From positions 1 to 64,000 of the forward strand of contig JBBPEB010000028.1 of NCBI GenBank assembly GCA_039096225.1: a stretch of 64,000 bases of DNA, read 5' to 3'. Below the pieces are notes generated by a model. It was not told where the DNA came from, ran no database searches, and worked only from the letters and a program-made list of their open reading frames with translations. This DNA is from Blastocystis sp. Blastoise (Eukaryota; Protista; Bigyra: Opalinata). Below, one piece after another: positions 14,161 through 31,654 of the stretch. Position 1 is the first letter of the stretch; each line of letters opens with the position of its first letter. A program made the translations under genes and the position numbers.

Positions 14161-16177
14161 TCTCGTCATAATCTTAATGAAATTCACGACTATATGAATT
14201 TCATTTTTGATCATCTTCAAATAGTGTGTTATTCTAAGTTTATATGTGTTTTTGAGTATATATAATGATTTTAAATGAAATATTATGTTGTAAAGTTGTT
14301 TTAATTAAACTTTTAATAGATTGAAAAATCACTGATCTGTCATAAAGGTCTATGAAACAAAGATTTTATTGTGAGTTATGCTATAATAGAGCATTTGAAA
14401 GCAGAAAATACAGTTAAACTCAGTTTAATACCACAAATTAAGACTTTCTAAAAGCGACTCTTATTTATAGTTTATTATGTTATTTTTCACTCATTTAGAG
14501 CATTTATGACTCGTGAAGATAGAAATTGAACTTTTATAAAAGACGATTATTTCTGACAATTCTTGAAGAATACAATATATAGCATATTGATCAGATATTT
14601 AACCTTTAAATCATTATAATAGTCATAATTACTTATAATATACTCTTAAATAGCAATAATTACTGCTATAATTGCATTTTTTTATTGATTCACTCTTTTA
14701 TTAGTTTATAGTTAAATAAGAACTCATTATAAGATATTATATCAAATATTGTATAGATATGACATGAAAAAAAATTCATAGAAACTTTTTAAAAGACATA
14801 TTTTGGCGATGCAAATTTTAAAATAGTAAAAAAGAATATTTAAAAGTCTATATGGATTCATTATAGAATATAGATTATATATATATCACTTATAATACAT
14901 AAAAAACAATATAAGGGTGTTAAATACCCTCTCGAAATTCTTATAATTGTGTTTCATTTAGAACTTCTTTAAGAATATTTACTATATTTTCATCTAAACT
15001 TCTCTTTAATCCTTATATAGTATAATTAACAATATATTATTAATATAGCGTGTTTATTATATATGAATAACAAAAAATAAATTGAAAATTCGACTAGTTA
15101 TTTCACGATCATGGCGAAATTTCAGACTTTGAGATGTTATTTTTAGCTTATAGGTGTTTAGAAATGCTACTATGGTGTCAAAACATGCAAAATGCAATTT
15201 AATAAAAATTATTTTTTTGAAAACCCAGAAACCCTAGACGCTCCTAAACTAAACAATACATTTTTTCTTTATTTCTTTTTCAAAAATGTGAGTGACTACT
15301 TTACTTGTAGAGTAGCTATTTGACTATATATTCTTAATCTAGAGGTCTTATAGATGTCAAATATGTATAAATTAATTGATTTAAAAATCATTTATAATTA
15401 GATTATTATAACATGTGTTAAAAACTAGATTTGACTGTTAATTATTAATATAGAGGTCATATATATAATTATATATATATTTATTAATAGTTTTTAATAG
15501 TTTTATAAAATCAGATGTTAATAGGGTAAATGAAAACTATTTTATAATTTTCTTTTGGGTGTTACTATGTATAAAACGGGTCATATAAAGGATTTTTAAA
15601 CAATAATTTCTTCTATACGTCAAGAACACACTTTTTCTTACAAACAGACCAAGTTCGTAACAAAACAAAAAAAAAACAGTCTTAGCGAAGAATGTATATC
15701 TAATCACGGATATCACTCTATAATAGCTAGTTTTGAGTGAACTAATGATTACCCAAAATATAGTAGTAGTTCTTGGTTCTCTATATATACTTCTCTTTTT
15801 AAATGTTTTCATTCTCCACAGAAGATAATACCATTCAATTGGTTACAAAAAATATGAAAAGTTCTTTAAGAACAAATGATTATAATGTTTATTATTTAAT
15901 TAATATTGTTGCTTTTAATAACAATAGAAATGCTATAGGAGCAAAACAAATAGATTGAGAGAATAGTTGACACCTTGTAAATGAGATTCCAAAGAAAATT
16001 GAAAAAAAAAAGACAATGCATAAAAAAGAAAAAAAGAAAGAATCTTAAAGGATATTTTTATTTATAATTAAATAGTGAAGAGGATATGTGATGATTTCTA
16101 GACTTAAACCAATATATAAATAACATTACATCAATTAATTATGATAAAATGTCATCATTTTATGCAAAAAGAAGTTT

Positions 16178-19311
<3,134 letters not shown>

Positions 19312-19455
19312 CTATATATTGATAGTGAACTATTATAATTAATATACTTTATCTAGATTTCTTCTGAATTTTACTACACAAGTCTATAATGACAAAATAT
19401 AACTAACAGTTATATCTAGAGAAAACAAAGTCAAAAAAAATGAGTTTTGAATTTT

Positions 19456-19503
19456 CAAGGAAAACTTGATTTTTGAAAAAAGTAGGTGTATAAAACGATT
19501 ACC
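19456..19503 (-). mobile_element. Degenerate solo TIR end of the same element family
   Basis: The reverse complement GGTAATCGTTTTATACACCTACTTTTTTCAAAAATCAAGTTTTCCTTG aligns with CGTAATCGTTTTTACACCCACTTTTTTATAAATCGATAGTTATCCGTG at 25193. Confidence 0.6.
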
Positions 19504-19778
19504 TAATTATTTCACTCAAAATTAGCTTGAATAATATAATTATATTGTTATTTTGTCGTTTGTTGTTATATTTTTAATCATCATTCACACAACGACTATA
19601 TAAATGAAAAAATGACGTTTTAAAAAAGTAATTAATGAATGAAAAAGACGACACAAAACCAGCCTCTTTGGGGCGACTCTATTTGATATTGCTAAATTAA
19701 TATAACAAGAAAAGAAAAACAAAACGTAGTACAGAACGCCATTTTTATTCATGGAAATCGCTGATACTGGAATATGTA

Positions 19779-20570
19779 TTATTCGATAACCATTTCTTTA
19801 TCCTGTTGGCTTTCGCCTCTGTTGGAGCTTGTAAATAATTCTCTTCTAATTTCAGGAGTGATAAGATGATGGAATTGTGTTTTCATTAACGCTCTTAAAC
19901 CCTCTTTCTGTTCAGCAGTGATTTCATACTTATAACGTTGAGCAAAGGTTAATAAACATTGATGCCACAATACAGGAAGAGGTTGGTCGGACGGTTGATT
20001 GAAGCTCATGAAGTGGTCTACCAGAGCATCCAGGACTTTGTAGGGTAGGGAATACTTCTTGTTTAAGAGGACACGGATAAATAAAGAAGTAGCTCCAGTA
20101 TAAGGCATTTCGCACATCTTCATGAGGGCAGCTGCTGATTGGACCATAGGAACTGAGACATGGGCCACAACTGAAGAAACTATGAGTGCCTCCTTTAATG
20201 TACATTGACTATCACAGAGAGGGAGTAGAATTCCTTTGAAAAAGGCAGCAGGCTTATAGAGAGACTTCTTTAAGGCATGATAATAATGATAATTCAATTT
20301 TTTAAGAGAAGATATATATAGAGAAGTATTCAATATATATATATATATATACTTATTATTAGCAATATCTTCCTCTACAGCAGGTAATAATACCAAATTA
20401 TAAAAACTATATATATATATAGATATAGGTATAGAATAATTAATTAATATTTAGAATATATATATATATATACCGTTGAGCAAGTTTAGCATTGAGATTG
20501 GAAGCGAATATTTTGGTTGCAGCGTACATGGCACAAGGGGACCATTCTTGAGGGTTAGTTAATTCTAAGA

Positions 20571-20621
<51 letters not shown>

Positions 20622-21699
20622 ATAAGAGAAACATAAGAAAATAAGTAGTAAGAATAAAAACATAGTACAAATTAATAGAAATGATTTTGTATATATATAA
20701 CTTTTAAAATATAATATAATATGAAATATATAAATAGACAAAAAAATATATAATATGTTAAATATATAAATAGAATAAAATAAAATGATTTTAAATAAAA
20801 ATAAGATAAACAGAGGTATAACATATATATCCTAGAAATAGAGAGTGTTTAAATAAGATACTTGTTCCCAGTTAGAAAGAGCGGGAATAATTTTGAAGGC
20901 CTTTGGGAGACGACCACTTTTATAACTAGATATAATATATATATAGTATATGCTCATAAATATATGATTATATATATATATATACTGTTTAAGAATAGCT
21001 CCAATAGAAGTATATACTTCGATAATTTTAGGATTCAGTTTATTTCCCGCGTTAGAAGGCGTGCTTGGTCCTGAAGATTCTTTCTGCTATACCAATAATA
21101 CTAATACAATTGTAAGGTAATATATATATACATATACATATACATATACATATATATATATATATATATATAGAATAATAGATTTAAACATAGTTTATAA
21201 ATACTTCATCAGCTTCTGCTAATTTCGCAGCAATAATATCACCCAATGTACGAGTTTCACCTCCATTACCAAAGAATGAAGCTAAAGCAGCCTATATATA
21301 GAGAAAATAAATAACAGAATATAATAAATAAATAAATATATATATATATACTTCTTCACTAGCATCAATTTGATATTCTTTCAAAAAATCATTTTCTTCT
21401 TCATCAAAGTCATCTTCACTCTCAACATAATCGCTATCATCATCTACAGTAGAAGAAGCAGTTAATTGAATTGGAACAGAAGATTTTTGAGATCCATTAT
21501 CTTCTTTCATAATTTCAGTCTGTTGATCATGAGCAACATTTAAAATTTTTCTTGTCATATCAGCAGGAATATATTGATCCTCATTCTTAGCCTTTTCCTT
21601 CTTCTTTCTAGGCATTTTCACATAATTAGGGTCACCAAGAATTTCTTTTTCAAGAGGTTGATGTTTGTTAGATTTCTTGCTATTCCTTTCTTTAGGCAT
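19779..21699 (-). CDS. BYSL: Bystin / Enp1 (40S biogenesis), multi-exon
   Basis: [104 protein letters not shown]. Confidence 0.95.
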
Positions 21700-22028
21700 G
21701 ACTGATAAACTCAATGAAGACTTTATTATCACAAAACTTTTTGAACACTCTTTTTTGGTTAGCTTACCAGTTGTATTCACTTTAAAAGAACCGCAATTTT
21801 TTACAATTTCCCAAGATTTTTTTAGTTTCTCAAAAGAGATAAATCAGAGTAGACACTGGTCTACGGTGATATCCCAGGGTATCCGTGTTGTAGTAATGTT
21901 CAAAATATTTATGGGGATAACTTATATTTATAAATAACAACTAGAGGCATTTATTCTATATATATAGATTGATTCTTTTATATGTATATATATTCTGTTA
22001 TTACATATATATTATAACCTATATATAG

Positions 22029-23463
22029 AAAGACTAGGTGAGATTCATGAATATAATTGGGGATTGGTGATAAGGTATGCTATAATCATGCAAATACTAC
22101 TTGCATAGGTTTATAAGGCTGATGAGAGTTGATTGAAGAAACAAATGGCTAATAATAGATATATAACATAATGATTGACATTTCGTTGCCAGAAATTTGA
22201 TTGAAGCTTCTTTATCATAGTATATCATTATATATGATGTTTAGAAGTTAAATATGATGAAATATAATAATTAGAAGACTCTGTTAGTTGGATTACATTC
22301 TCCAAAATTATGGTGTTACATGCGTTTATTGTGTTCTATTCAATCATATAATAGTATTAATAGTATTTAATAATCTTATTATTGATATATCTACTCTACT
22401 TATATAGAATTGACAATTGATTGTTCTTCAAAAATATTAGTTGATCTTCTTGTTTAGAATTTGCATTGAGTCCTTAGAGATATAGGGTATTACTTGGTGA
22501 ATCATGTTGCTCTCATTTGGTTTAATAAGGAAGTTATTGATGAATATGTATTTAATAAAAAAATATTAAAAATATCGTCGAATGGTATATTATTGTTTAT
22601 TTATCTTTTATTTAATATTATAATATGTATATTATATATATATTATATATAGCCTTAGGTGGAACTGTGAATCTTCATTATTTCTTATCATATACTTAAC
22701 TTTATTATTAGTAGTATATATTTTTGACATCTTTTTTATATATTATTTTATTCGCTATAAATATATTTATATATGTGTATTATAATCAGTTTTTTGCTCT
22801 AATTATTATATATATTTAGTAGTTAGTTTATGATTAAATAGTTTTTTTTATTATTATTATATGTCAGTATATTTATATATATGTTTAATAAATAGTATAT
22901 ATATAGGTATCCTGGATTCTTTATTTTTATTTATTATTTCTTCAAAGTAACCATTTCAAAGTGTATATGTCTATATTAAAGTATATATACCATATATTAT
23001 TATTAATTCAATATATAAAATAATCTTTGTTTTCATAATATAGACTTTATTCATTTACTTTTCTTATATATATATATATATAGAATGATGCCAGAAACAT
23101 TAATTGTAGTGGGTACTATTCAATATATAGATATATCTCTTCATTATCAATGTATATATACATATAAAGATACTATTATTCAATATATAAATGAAGGAGC
23201 TACAATACTCTATTTCAAAGGTGGAAATATACTAGTAGTAGAGAAATCATCAATTCAAGTATATATATATTACTATCTATTTAAAAAAGTGATTTTTATT
23301 ATTTACAAAGTGTTATGATTGATTAGAAGTATTAGAAAATATTTGTGTTTCCATCATTAATTCCCTAGTTTCTCTCTCTTCTCTTCGTACTATGACTCCT
23401 CCTGAAATTGAAGAAATATATACCTCTTTTGGAAAGATACTTATTCCTAAGGAAACCAAATAA
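22029..23463 (+). CDS. Unknown spliced gene; 3' exons join in frame, 5' part unresolved or degenerate
   Basis: From about 23084, splicing gives NDARNINCSGYYSIYRYISSLSMSYNTLFQRWKYTSSREIINSKVLENICVSIINSLVSLSSLRTMTPPEIEEIYTSFGKILIPKETK*. Upstream exon-like blocks contain stops. Confidence 0.35.
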
Positions 23464-23806
23464 TACTATTTATATATATTTATTGTATATATTATTATTT
23501 CTGTTGAAACAGTATTTTATTATATTTGCGTTGCTTTTATATCATAGTTTATATATATTATCAGAGACTTTTGTTATAAATTAATATGAGTATGAATTCT
23601 TTTATCGTATATATATGTATATAACAAAACAAAGATAGAAACAACCATTAAATAATGAAAAAGGAAAAAGGCAATAAAAAATAATAAAAAGAACAGAAAA
23701 GAAGAGAAGAAAACTACACGAAACGATAGACATAAAAAATTGTCATAAGACCCCATAAGAATGATGAATATATATGTGTATATATATGATTGAGAAGAGA
23801 TTCGGT

Positions 23807-23961
23807 TTATACTCGTTTTCCCATGATTAATTCTGCAGTAAGGAACATGATAGCGGCATTAGGGACAACACGGAGTACATGTGCATAACAACCAGCATAT
23901 AGAGCTTTAAGACCTTCTTCTTTATATATAGTAACAAAACAATTCCAAAGACCCTTATATT

Positions 23962-24030
<69 letters not shown>

Positions 24031-24066
24031 GAGATGCACCATTTTGTCGTAATCTTGTTCTAACAA

Positions 24067-24143
<77 letters not shown>

Positions 24144-25169
24144 TTCATGTGGATATGTACACAGTGTAGCGATTAGCTTGGATAAAGCAGCATCCAAAAA
24201 ACTTCTCCATTTTGGTGTTTCTTTTCCTTTTTGTTTATATACACTATCACTGTAAGACTTGATATATTCATACATCGTAAATTGAATAGCAGTTTCAGAT
24301 AGACCTAAATAGCTGGCATTTAATCCTTTGAAAAACCCTTTCATTCCCGCCTCTTTATAGATTTCCCGGGTAATATCTTTAATACCACGATGATTCTCAG
24401 TGTATATATATTAAGGAGTATTTAAATAATGAATCAAAATTATTAATAAAATCATAATAAACAAAATAACTATAAATAAATCAATAAAAAGGATATATAT
24501 TGATTGAGTTGAATTCTAGTTTTGATAACCCAAATAGGACAAGTAGCAGTAACTGCAACAGATCCCGCCAAAAGAGACGATATTAATGCACTTGAAATGT
24601 GATTCAATGCTGAATATTTCTTCAACATATCTTTACTATTCTCATAACTATATAATAATTATTATTTTTATAATATATTTATTATATAATAATTAATATA
24701 ATAATAAATGTAGTAATAATAATAATAAATACACATAGAAATGAATAGCTCTTGAAGGAGCGACACTTATAGCCATTAACTAAAGAAAAATAAATGAGTT
24801 ACAAGAATTATGTTACAAATATAACATACAAATCCACCTCTCCAAAGACCATGAATTCCTTCAGTTTTTCCTATGTCATAAATACCACGAAATACACCTG
24901 AAAAACCTTTGTATTCCTCGAATATTCCACTCTATAGAGAATGATTGTTACTAATAAAAGATTTAAAATAATATATACTTGATACCTGGTTTTGATAACT
25001 TCTAACGGACATGTACATAATGCTCCTAAATACAACAAATAAACCTAATGCAGAATAATAAGTAAAATATACCAGTGATTCCACCCACCAAACCTGCAAC
25101 AAAGCTATTAAATCCACTGCTTTGTGAATTCTTTATTTGTTGACTAAAAGACGATCCTTTTGGTTGCAT
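23807..25169 (-). CDS. Mitochondrial carrier (SLC25), Rim2/SLC25A33-36 pyrimidine-nucleotide carrier type, multi-exon
   Basis: [77 protein letters not shown]. Confidence 0.88.
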
Positions 25170-25190
25170 CGTCAAATAAGTTGATCATCT

Positions 25191-28100
25191 GGCGTAATCG
25201 TTTTTACACCCACTTTTTTATAAATCGATAGTTATCCGTGTTTATATTTAAATATATGGATGAAAATTCTTTATTCCCGTTGATTTACGAGAGTTTATTG
25301 GGATGAACTTCCAGTTTTCAAAATAGTCAAAATTTAGAAAGAAATATAGAAGTCAGTTGAGGGTCATTGTATTTACACACAGTTGTTTTTCAAAATCGAT
25401 GAAGAAGTGTTTGTTTTAAAATAATGATGAAGAAATTCTTGTTTAAAAACTTATATATGACCGATTAAACACATAAAAACACCCAAAAGAAAATTATAAA
25501 ATAGTTTTCATTGACTCAGTAACATTTGTTTTTATTAAACTATTAAAAGTTATTAATGAATGTATATAAATTATATTTATGACTTTTACAATAATAATTA
25601 ACTGTCAAATTAATGTTTTAGAACATGTTATAATAATCTAATTATAATTGGATTTTTAAATCATTTAATTTATACATATTTGACATCTATAAGACTTCTA
25701 GATTAAAAATATATAGTCAAATAGTCATTCTGTGAGTAAAGCTCTCACTTACTTTTTCGGCAAAGAAATAAAAAAAAATGTATTAGTTATTTTAGGAGAG
25801 CCTAGGGCTTCTCGGTTTTCAAAAAAATAATTTTTATTAAATTGCATTTTGCATGTTTTGACACCATAGTAGCATTTCTAAACACCTATAAGCTAAAAAT
25901 AACATCTCAAAGTCTGAAATTTCGCCATGATCGTGAAATAACTAGTCGAATTTTCAACTTATTTTTTGTTATTCATATATAATAGATACTCTATATTAAT
26001 AATATATTATTAATTATACTATATAAGGATTAAAGAGAAGTTTAGAAGAAAATATAGTAAATATTCTTAAAGAAGTTCCAAATGAGACACAATTGTAAGA
26101 ATTTCGAGAGGGTATTTCATAGTCCTTTATTGACTTATATGTGTCTTAAATGACAAATATATAATCTATATTCTATAATGAATCCATAAAGATTTTTAAA
26201 TATTTTCTTTGAACAAATTAAAAATTTGCATCGCCAAAATATGCCCTTTAAAAAGTTTTTAAAAATCTCATTCCAGGTCATTTCTATGATATATTTGATA
26301 TAATATCTTATAATGGGATCTTATTTAACTATAAACTAATAAAAGAGTGAATAAATAAAGAAATGCAATTATGGCAGTCATTATTGCTATTAATGAGTAT
26401 ATTATAAGTAATTATGACTATTATAATGATTTAAAGGTTATATATATAATCAATATGCTTTATATTCTAGTTTTCAAGAATTGCCAGAATTAATCGTCTT
26501 TTATAAAAGTATCATTTCTATTTCTACGAGTCATAAATGCTCTATATGAGTGAAAAATAACATAATAAACTATAAATAAGAGTCATTAAGAAAAAGTCTT
26601 AATTTGTGGTATTAAGCTGAGTTTAACTCATTTTCTACTTTCAAATGCTCTATTATAGCATAACTCACAACAAAATCTTTGTTTCATAGACCTTTATGGC
26701 AGATCAGTGATTTTTCAATCTATTAAAAGTTTAATTAAAACAACTTCACAACATAATATTTCATTTTAAATCATTATATATACTCAAAAACACATCTAAA
26801 CTTAGAATAACACACTATCTGAAGATGATCGAAAATATTTTTCTAAATCTAATTCTCATTCACGCGGCTTAATCCTACATTTCCACCAAAAACAATTTTC
26901 AAATCTCATATTTCATTTATCTTGTGTACCTGCAAGAAGTCATCCTTTTGGTTTATTTCTGTATGTTAGTTATCTATCTATTCTATATCTCGTAGCTGGT
27001 TCATTTTTTAATCTTCTGATTTCTCAGATCGTCAAAATCTCAATTTCTGTCGAGGTTGGTCAAAACGTTCTGAAAGGTATATATTCTATATTATTTATAT
27101 ATTTATTATCATTTATTTATATTATATATATTTCTATACAGTATTGATGATCAACAGAACGATGATTATTGTTTCCACTTCACTCTCTTCTTTTCTTCTT
27201 TAGCTTTCTAATGGTCCCTTTGACTCTTTTATGATCTCCTGATGTTATTGAAATGAATTAAATTATTTCTTACGTGCTTTAGGTATGTATATATATTTTT
27301 TATTATATATATATGTTTTTATCTAATCTATATATCTTTTTTATGATTCTATTATGAATTAATTTATTTTTATATATATTAATTTTCATTAATATATATA
27401 TATATTTGCTTATATTTACATATATATATATCTATATTATCTCTATAGCTCTTTTTATATATATATTAGTATCATTTATATTAATTAATCTATATAATAG
27501 CATTGATTATAGTATTAGTTGTTCTATCTATTTATGTATATGATAATTCTTCAACTACAACTTTTACTCTTCTCTCTATTCACTCAATTATTAATATTCT
27601 TATTCATTATATTTAAGCTCCATAACGGATGGAAATATATATATATGTATATATGTATATAAAGGTTCAATTCCTGGCTTAAATTGTTTTGCTTTTTATA
27701 TTTTATTATATTATATTATCTATTAATTCTATATATATATATTATTTATTATTATCTTACATTATTTCTTATAGTATACTTTATTATTACTCTATATAAT
27801 ATTATGTTGTATTATTATTTTTTAATCTATTCTATATTATCTATTCTATTTGATTATCTACTATTTATTTTATTATAATCTATTATATACTGCTTTATCT
27901 TGATTAGACTATGTTTATTCTATGCTATTCGTTATAGAGTAATATTTATCTTTAGAATCAAATTACTGTTTATTAAATTATACAATTTATTCTTATATGT
28001 AAATATTATGTATTTATACATATACTATTATAATACACATTATATACTCTATTTATCTTTGTATATTTTAAAATTAATTGTTGTATAGTATATTATCTTT

Positions 28101-28966
28101 TGTATATCTTTTATAACTATGTTGTATTACATATTATAGTATATATTGTATATAGATTATTTTCTTATTATTATTTATACGATATAATACATAAAATCTA
28201 TCTATTTACATAGAATATGATATTATCTGTTGTATACTATATTATATATAACCTTATATATATATATATATTATTTTAGAAACATTTCAATCATAAACTA
28301 AAAAGCTTATATCTCCATTAATAAGTCCTTATGATATATTATATTGTTTATTTTATCTTTTTCATGATTCATAGAGATCAAAAGTAGTAATCAATTATGA
28401 TATATAATAATCCACAGAATGATTGAATTCATTGCTGCCTTTTATTTATAAAATACTTTTTTTCCGTATTCAGAACATACTTAAATATGTAATATACATC
28501 TTTATAAATAGTTAAATAACTTAAACTATGACTTTACAGAGATCATGGAACTAATTCGTGAATTGATTAATTTATATTTATTATAAAATACTTTTAATGA
28601 CTCTTAATTGACCTTTTAAGCATACTCACATCATCTAATATAGGTAATAATCTTTTAATCATGTAATCAAAACTTTCAATGCACTTATTTCTATAAACTC
28701 TATTAACATAAATGATTATAGCAGTCATTTCACATTCATTAGTTTGATTTTTACATTAAAATACTAATAAATAATAGGTATAGCATATATTTTAACTCAA
28801 CTTATTTGTGTTTTTCTTTCAAAATTTTGACTATTTTGAGAACTGGAAGCTAATCCCCATAAACTCTCGTAAATCAACGGGAATAAGATTTCTTCGTCCA
28901 TATATTTAAATATAAACACGGATAATCGATGATTTAAAAAAAAGATGGTGTAAAAACGATTACCCC
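25191..28966 (+). mobile_element. Long-TIR DNA element copy 2, complete ends (about 150-bp imperfect TIRs), internally deleted, non-autonomous
   Basis: The left end GGCGTAATCGTTTTTACACC...ATCCGTGTTTATATTTAAATATATGGA...TTATTCCCGTTGATTTACGAGAGTTTAT...AAAATAGTCAAAAT is mirrored at 28815-28966, ending GGTGTAAAAACGATTACCCC. No clean TSD. Confidence 0.82.
27611..27684 (+). ncRNA. tRNA-like module without an anticodon arm (element copy 2)
   Basis: ATTTAAGCTCCATAACGGATGGA-(AT-rich)-AGGTTCAATTCCTGGCTTAAAT. Both flanking blocks are identical to copy 1. Confidence 0.55.
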
Positions 28967-28988
28967 TACTTAGTTTACCTAGATTCTT

Positions 28989-29989
28989 ATGAGTAATATA
29001 TTTATAGTAAGTGGAGTGAATGCAGATTATTTGAAGCCTATTTTCTCGGCATTCAAAGTGAAGAGTGTAACATTTTGTGGAGTAAAATGTGCTCTTCTCA
29101 CTTTAGCTAATGAAGCTGTAACACATATTGATAATCCTGAAGATTGGACATTATCTGAATATAAAGATAAGTATATATATATATATTGTTTTGCTATTTA
29201 TTATTTTTCTATCTTTAGAACTGTTCAAAAGAAGGTATTCACTTACTGGACATTTACTATGTCTAAAGATATAATCGTTTCTACAATGATGAGATACCTT
29301 GAACATGTATTTGTAAATTGGATTGGTGTTGAGAAAGGGGCTGAGTATTTTAGAGGTATTTCAATATTCTACTTATTTTAAACTTATTGAGTATACTCAA
29401 TAACATTTTCTTTTTTTTTCACTTGTCATTCTCACACTTATATATATATAGATGTTCGTAAAGAAGTCAAATTACGAAATGTTCAACGATTTAATCTTTC
29501 AGTATCTTGTGAAATGTTTTGGGTTTCGTTAAGAAATAATTTCTTTGGACATTTAGCTAATTTGGTAGTTGATGAACTCTGTTTAATTTTTATATATTTC
29601 AAAAATATTAGAAAGATTGCTGTATCTATATATATTATTATGAAAATCATTATTATTAACACTTACTATACTTATAGAAACGATATGGAAAATTATTAAC
29701 AGATAGTTCAAAAGAAGAAGAAGAATTCTTGGTTGAAAATAGAGAAAACGAGTTGACTGCTCTTAAAAAGAACTTTAATTGGTCTGTATGTTCATTTAAT
29801 TATATAAATATAATATCTAATTCTATATATATATATTCTTGCTTTATTTAGACTTTGAAATATTTCTTAATTTGCAGTTCTTCTGTTTTTGCTGAAGCTC
29901 TTGGTGCTTTCATTGGAACATATATGTATCCTAAAGGTGGTCCATGGTTTCTGACTATTCTTGGTGGTAATATAATGTATATGATATAA
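28989..29989 (+). CDS. Hypothetical protein with C-terminal hydrophobic Gly-rich helices, multi-exon
   Basis: Five exons join in frame from MSNIFIVSGV to SSSVFAEALGAFIGTYMYPKGGPWFLTILGGNIMYMI*. Confidence 0.7.
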
Positions 29990-30279
29990 AAAAAATTAAA
30001 TTATTAGCATTCTCTGTTAGATTTGTAATATCTCTGAGTTTAGTTAAGCTTTTATTTTAAAAAAGTCACATTATTTCTAAAATACACATAAATATAAGGC
30101 AAATAATATTAAAAAAACGGACGCTGCCAATTTTTCTTGATAAACTAAATAATACGAAAATTATGATTTAAAGAAAAAATTCACCATTTCCTCTATAAAA
30201 AACGTGGAAATCTCTTTTGGTTTTATTCTTTTTAAAATGATTTATCATTTTTATCTATTGTTATTTTAGTTTATATATC

Positions 30280-30922
30280 ATGGCAATCGTTGATAAGACA
30301 TTTTTCTTGCTATTACTACCTGTAGCAGTATATATAGTTGCTTGGAGCTCTCAATTAGGTATAGTTTCACTTATCATAAATTTTTCTTATTATTTTGTCT
30401 TATTATAGCTTCAATGCTTTCTCAGGTTTACAAGTAAGATATAAATATGATTTATTGAACTATTTTATCTAGGAATGGGTCTCGCCATTTTTTATTTTTA
30501 ACTGAATTTAGTAAAACTCTATCTGCAAATATCGAACCAATTTATATTGAAAATATTACTAAGACACATCTTATAAAACAATTCTTTAATGAACATTTTG
30601 AGTTTCTTCAATATAAACAACGAGTTGTTCATTCACCGATTTTGAATGTTTCTGAATGTATTTTCTTTCTTATATATAAATATTTTATTTTAGTGAATTA
30701 CGAGCAAACTCAGAATTATGTAAAATTATTACTTTCTGAAAAGAATGATATTAAGCCTTTGATTCCTACGAAGAGTTATATTAATTTTAGAAGCTCCTCA
30801 TGGTATTTGTTATAGTATTATTTGAATATATATATACTTTTTAGGGAAAAACAATATCGAAAAGTTGTTAACGAAGTTTATCATGGATATACTAAAGTGT
30901 ATATTATATATTATATATTATA

Positions 30923-30954
<32 letters not shown>

Positions 30955-31618
30955 TTATGATTATTATTGTTATTATTATTATATTTATGATTATTATAAT
31001 ATATAGAGAATCATCACCTTATACAATTCTATTTAAAGAGTATATTTTATTGTTTTATAATTTTTATTATGAATACTATATATATAGTGATGGTATATCT
31101 CAAATATATAGTACAGAATCATTTGGATTCGTTACAAATGTCTGTTACGATGCTAACAAACGAGCCGTTATCTTTCATGATGACGCTGAAGAGCACGTGA
31201 CGAAATTCCTTCAAAGTAAACGAATGGATAAATATTTTTATTGTAAGTATTATCTTTTTTTTGTTTATATTATGTTTGTTATGTTTTTTTATTATTATAT
31301 TTATTATTTTGTTATCATTATTATTATATTTATATATATTCGATATATAATATAGATAATAGTGTTATTGTAAAGAAAGAGCCTCTTGTGAAGGATGCTC
31401 TATTTATTAATGATATGGGTATATATATATACTATATTATAGTCTATTTATATTCTATTTATATTATTATGTTCTATATTATTATGTTTTATATTATGTG
31501 TATCTATTATATATAGGGTTTATGGTGACACACCCTCGTCAGGTGCGTCAAGTGTTCCACTTTTTAGAAGCGAATTCACTTGTTCTGGATATAGCTACAA
31601 GACCTTTTCTCTATCCTC

Positions 31619-31654
<36 letters not shown>

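Larger units (their letters stand above)
10030..15613 (-). mobile_element. Long-TIR DNA element copy 1, non-autonomous (Mutator-like architecture); second TIR missing at 15.6 kb
   Basis: Begins GGGTAATCGTTTTTACACC. Collinear with the reverse complement of 25430-28966 along its length, apart from blocks absent in copy 2. No recognisable transposase. Confidence 0.75.
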
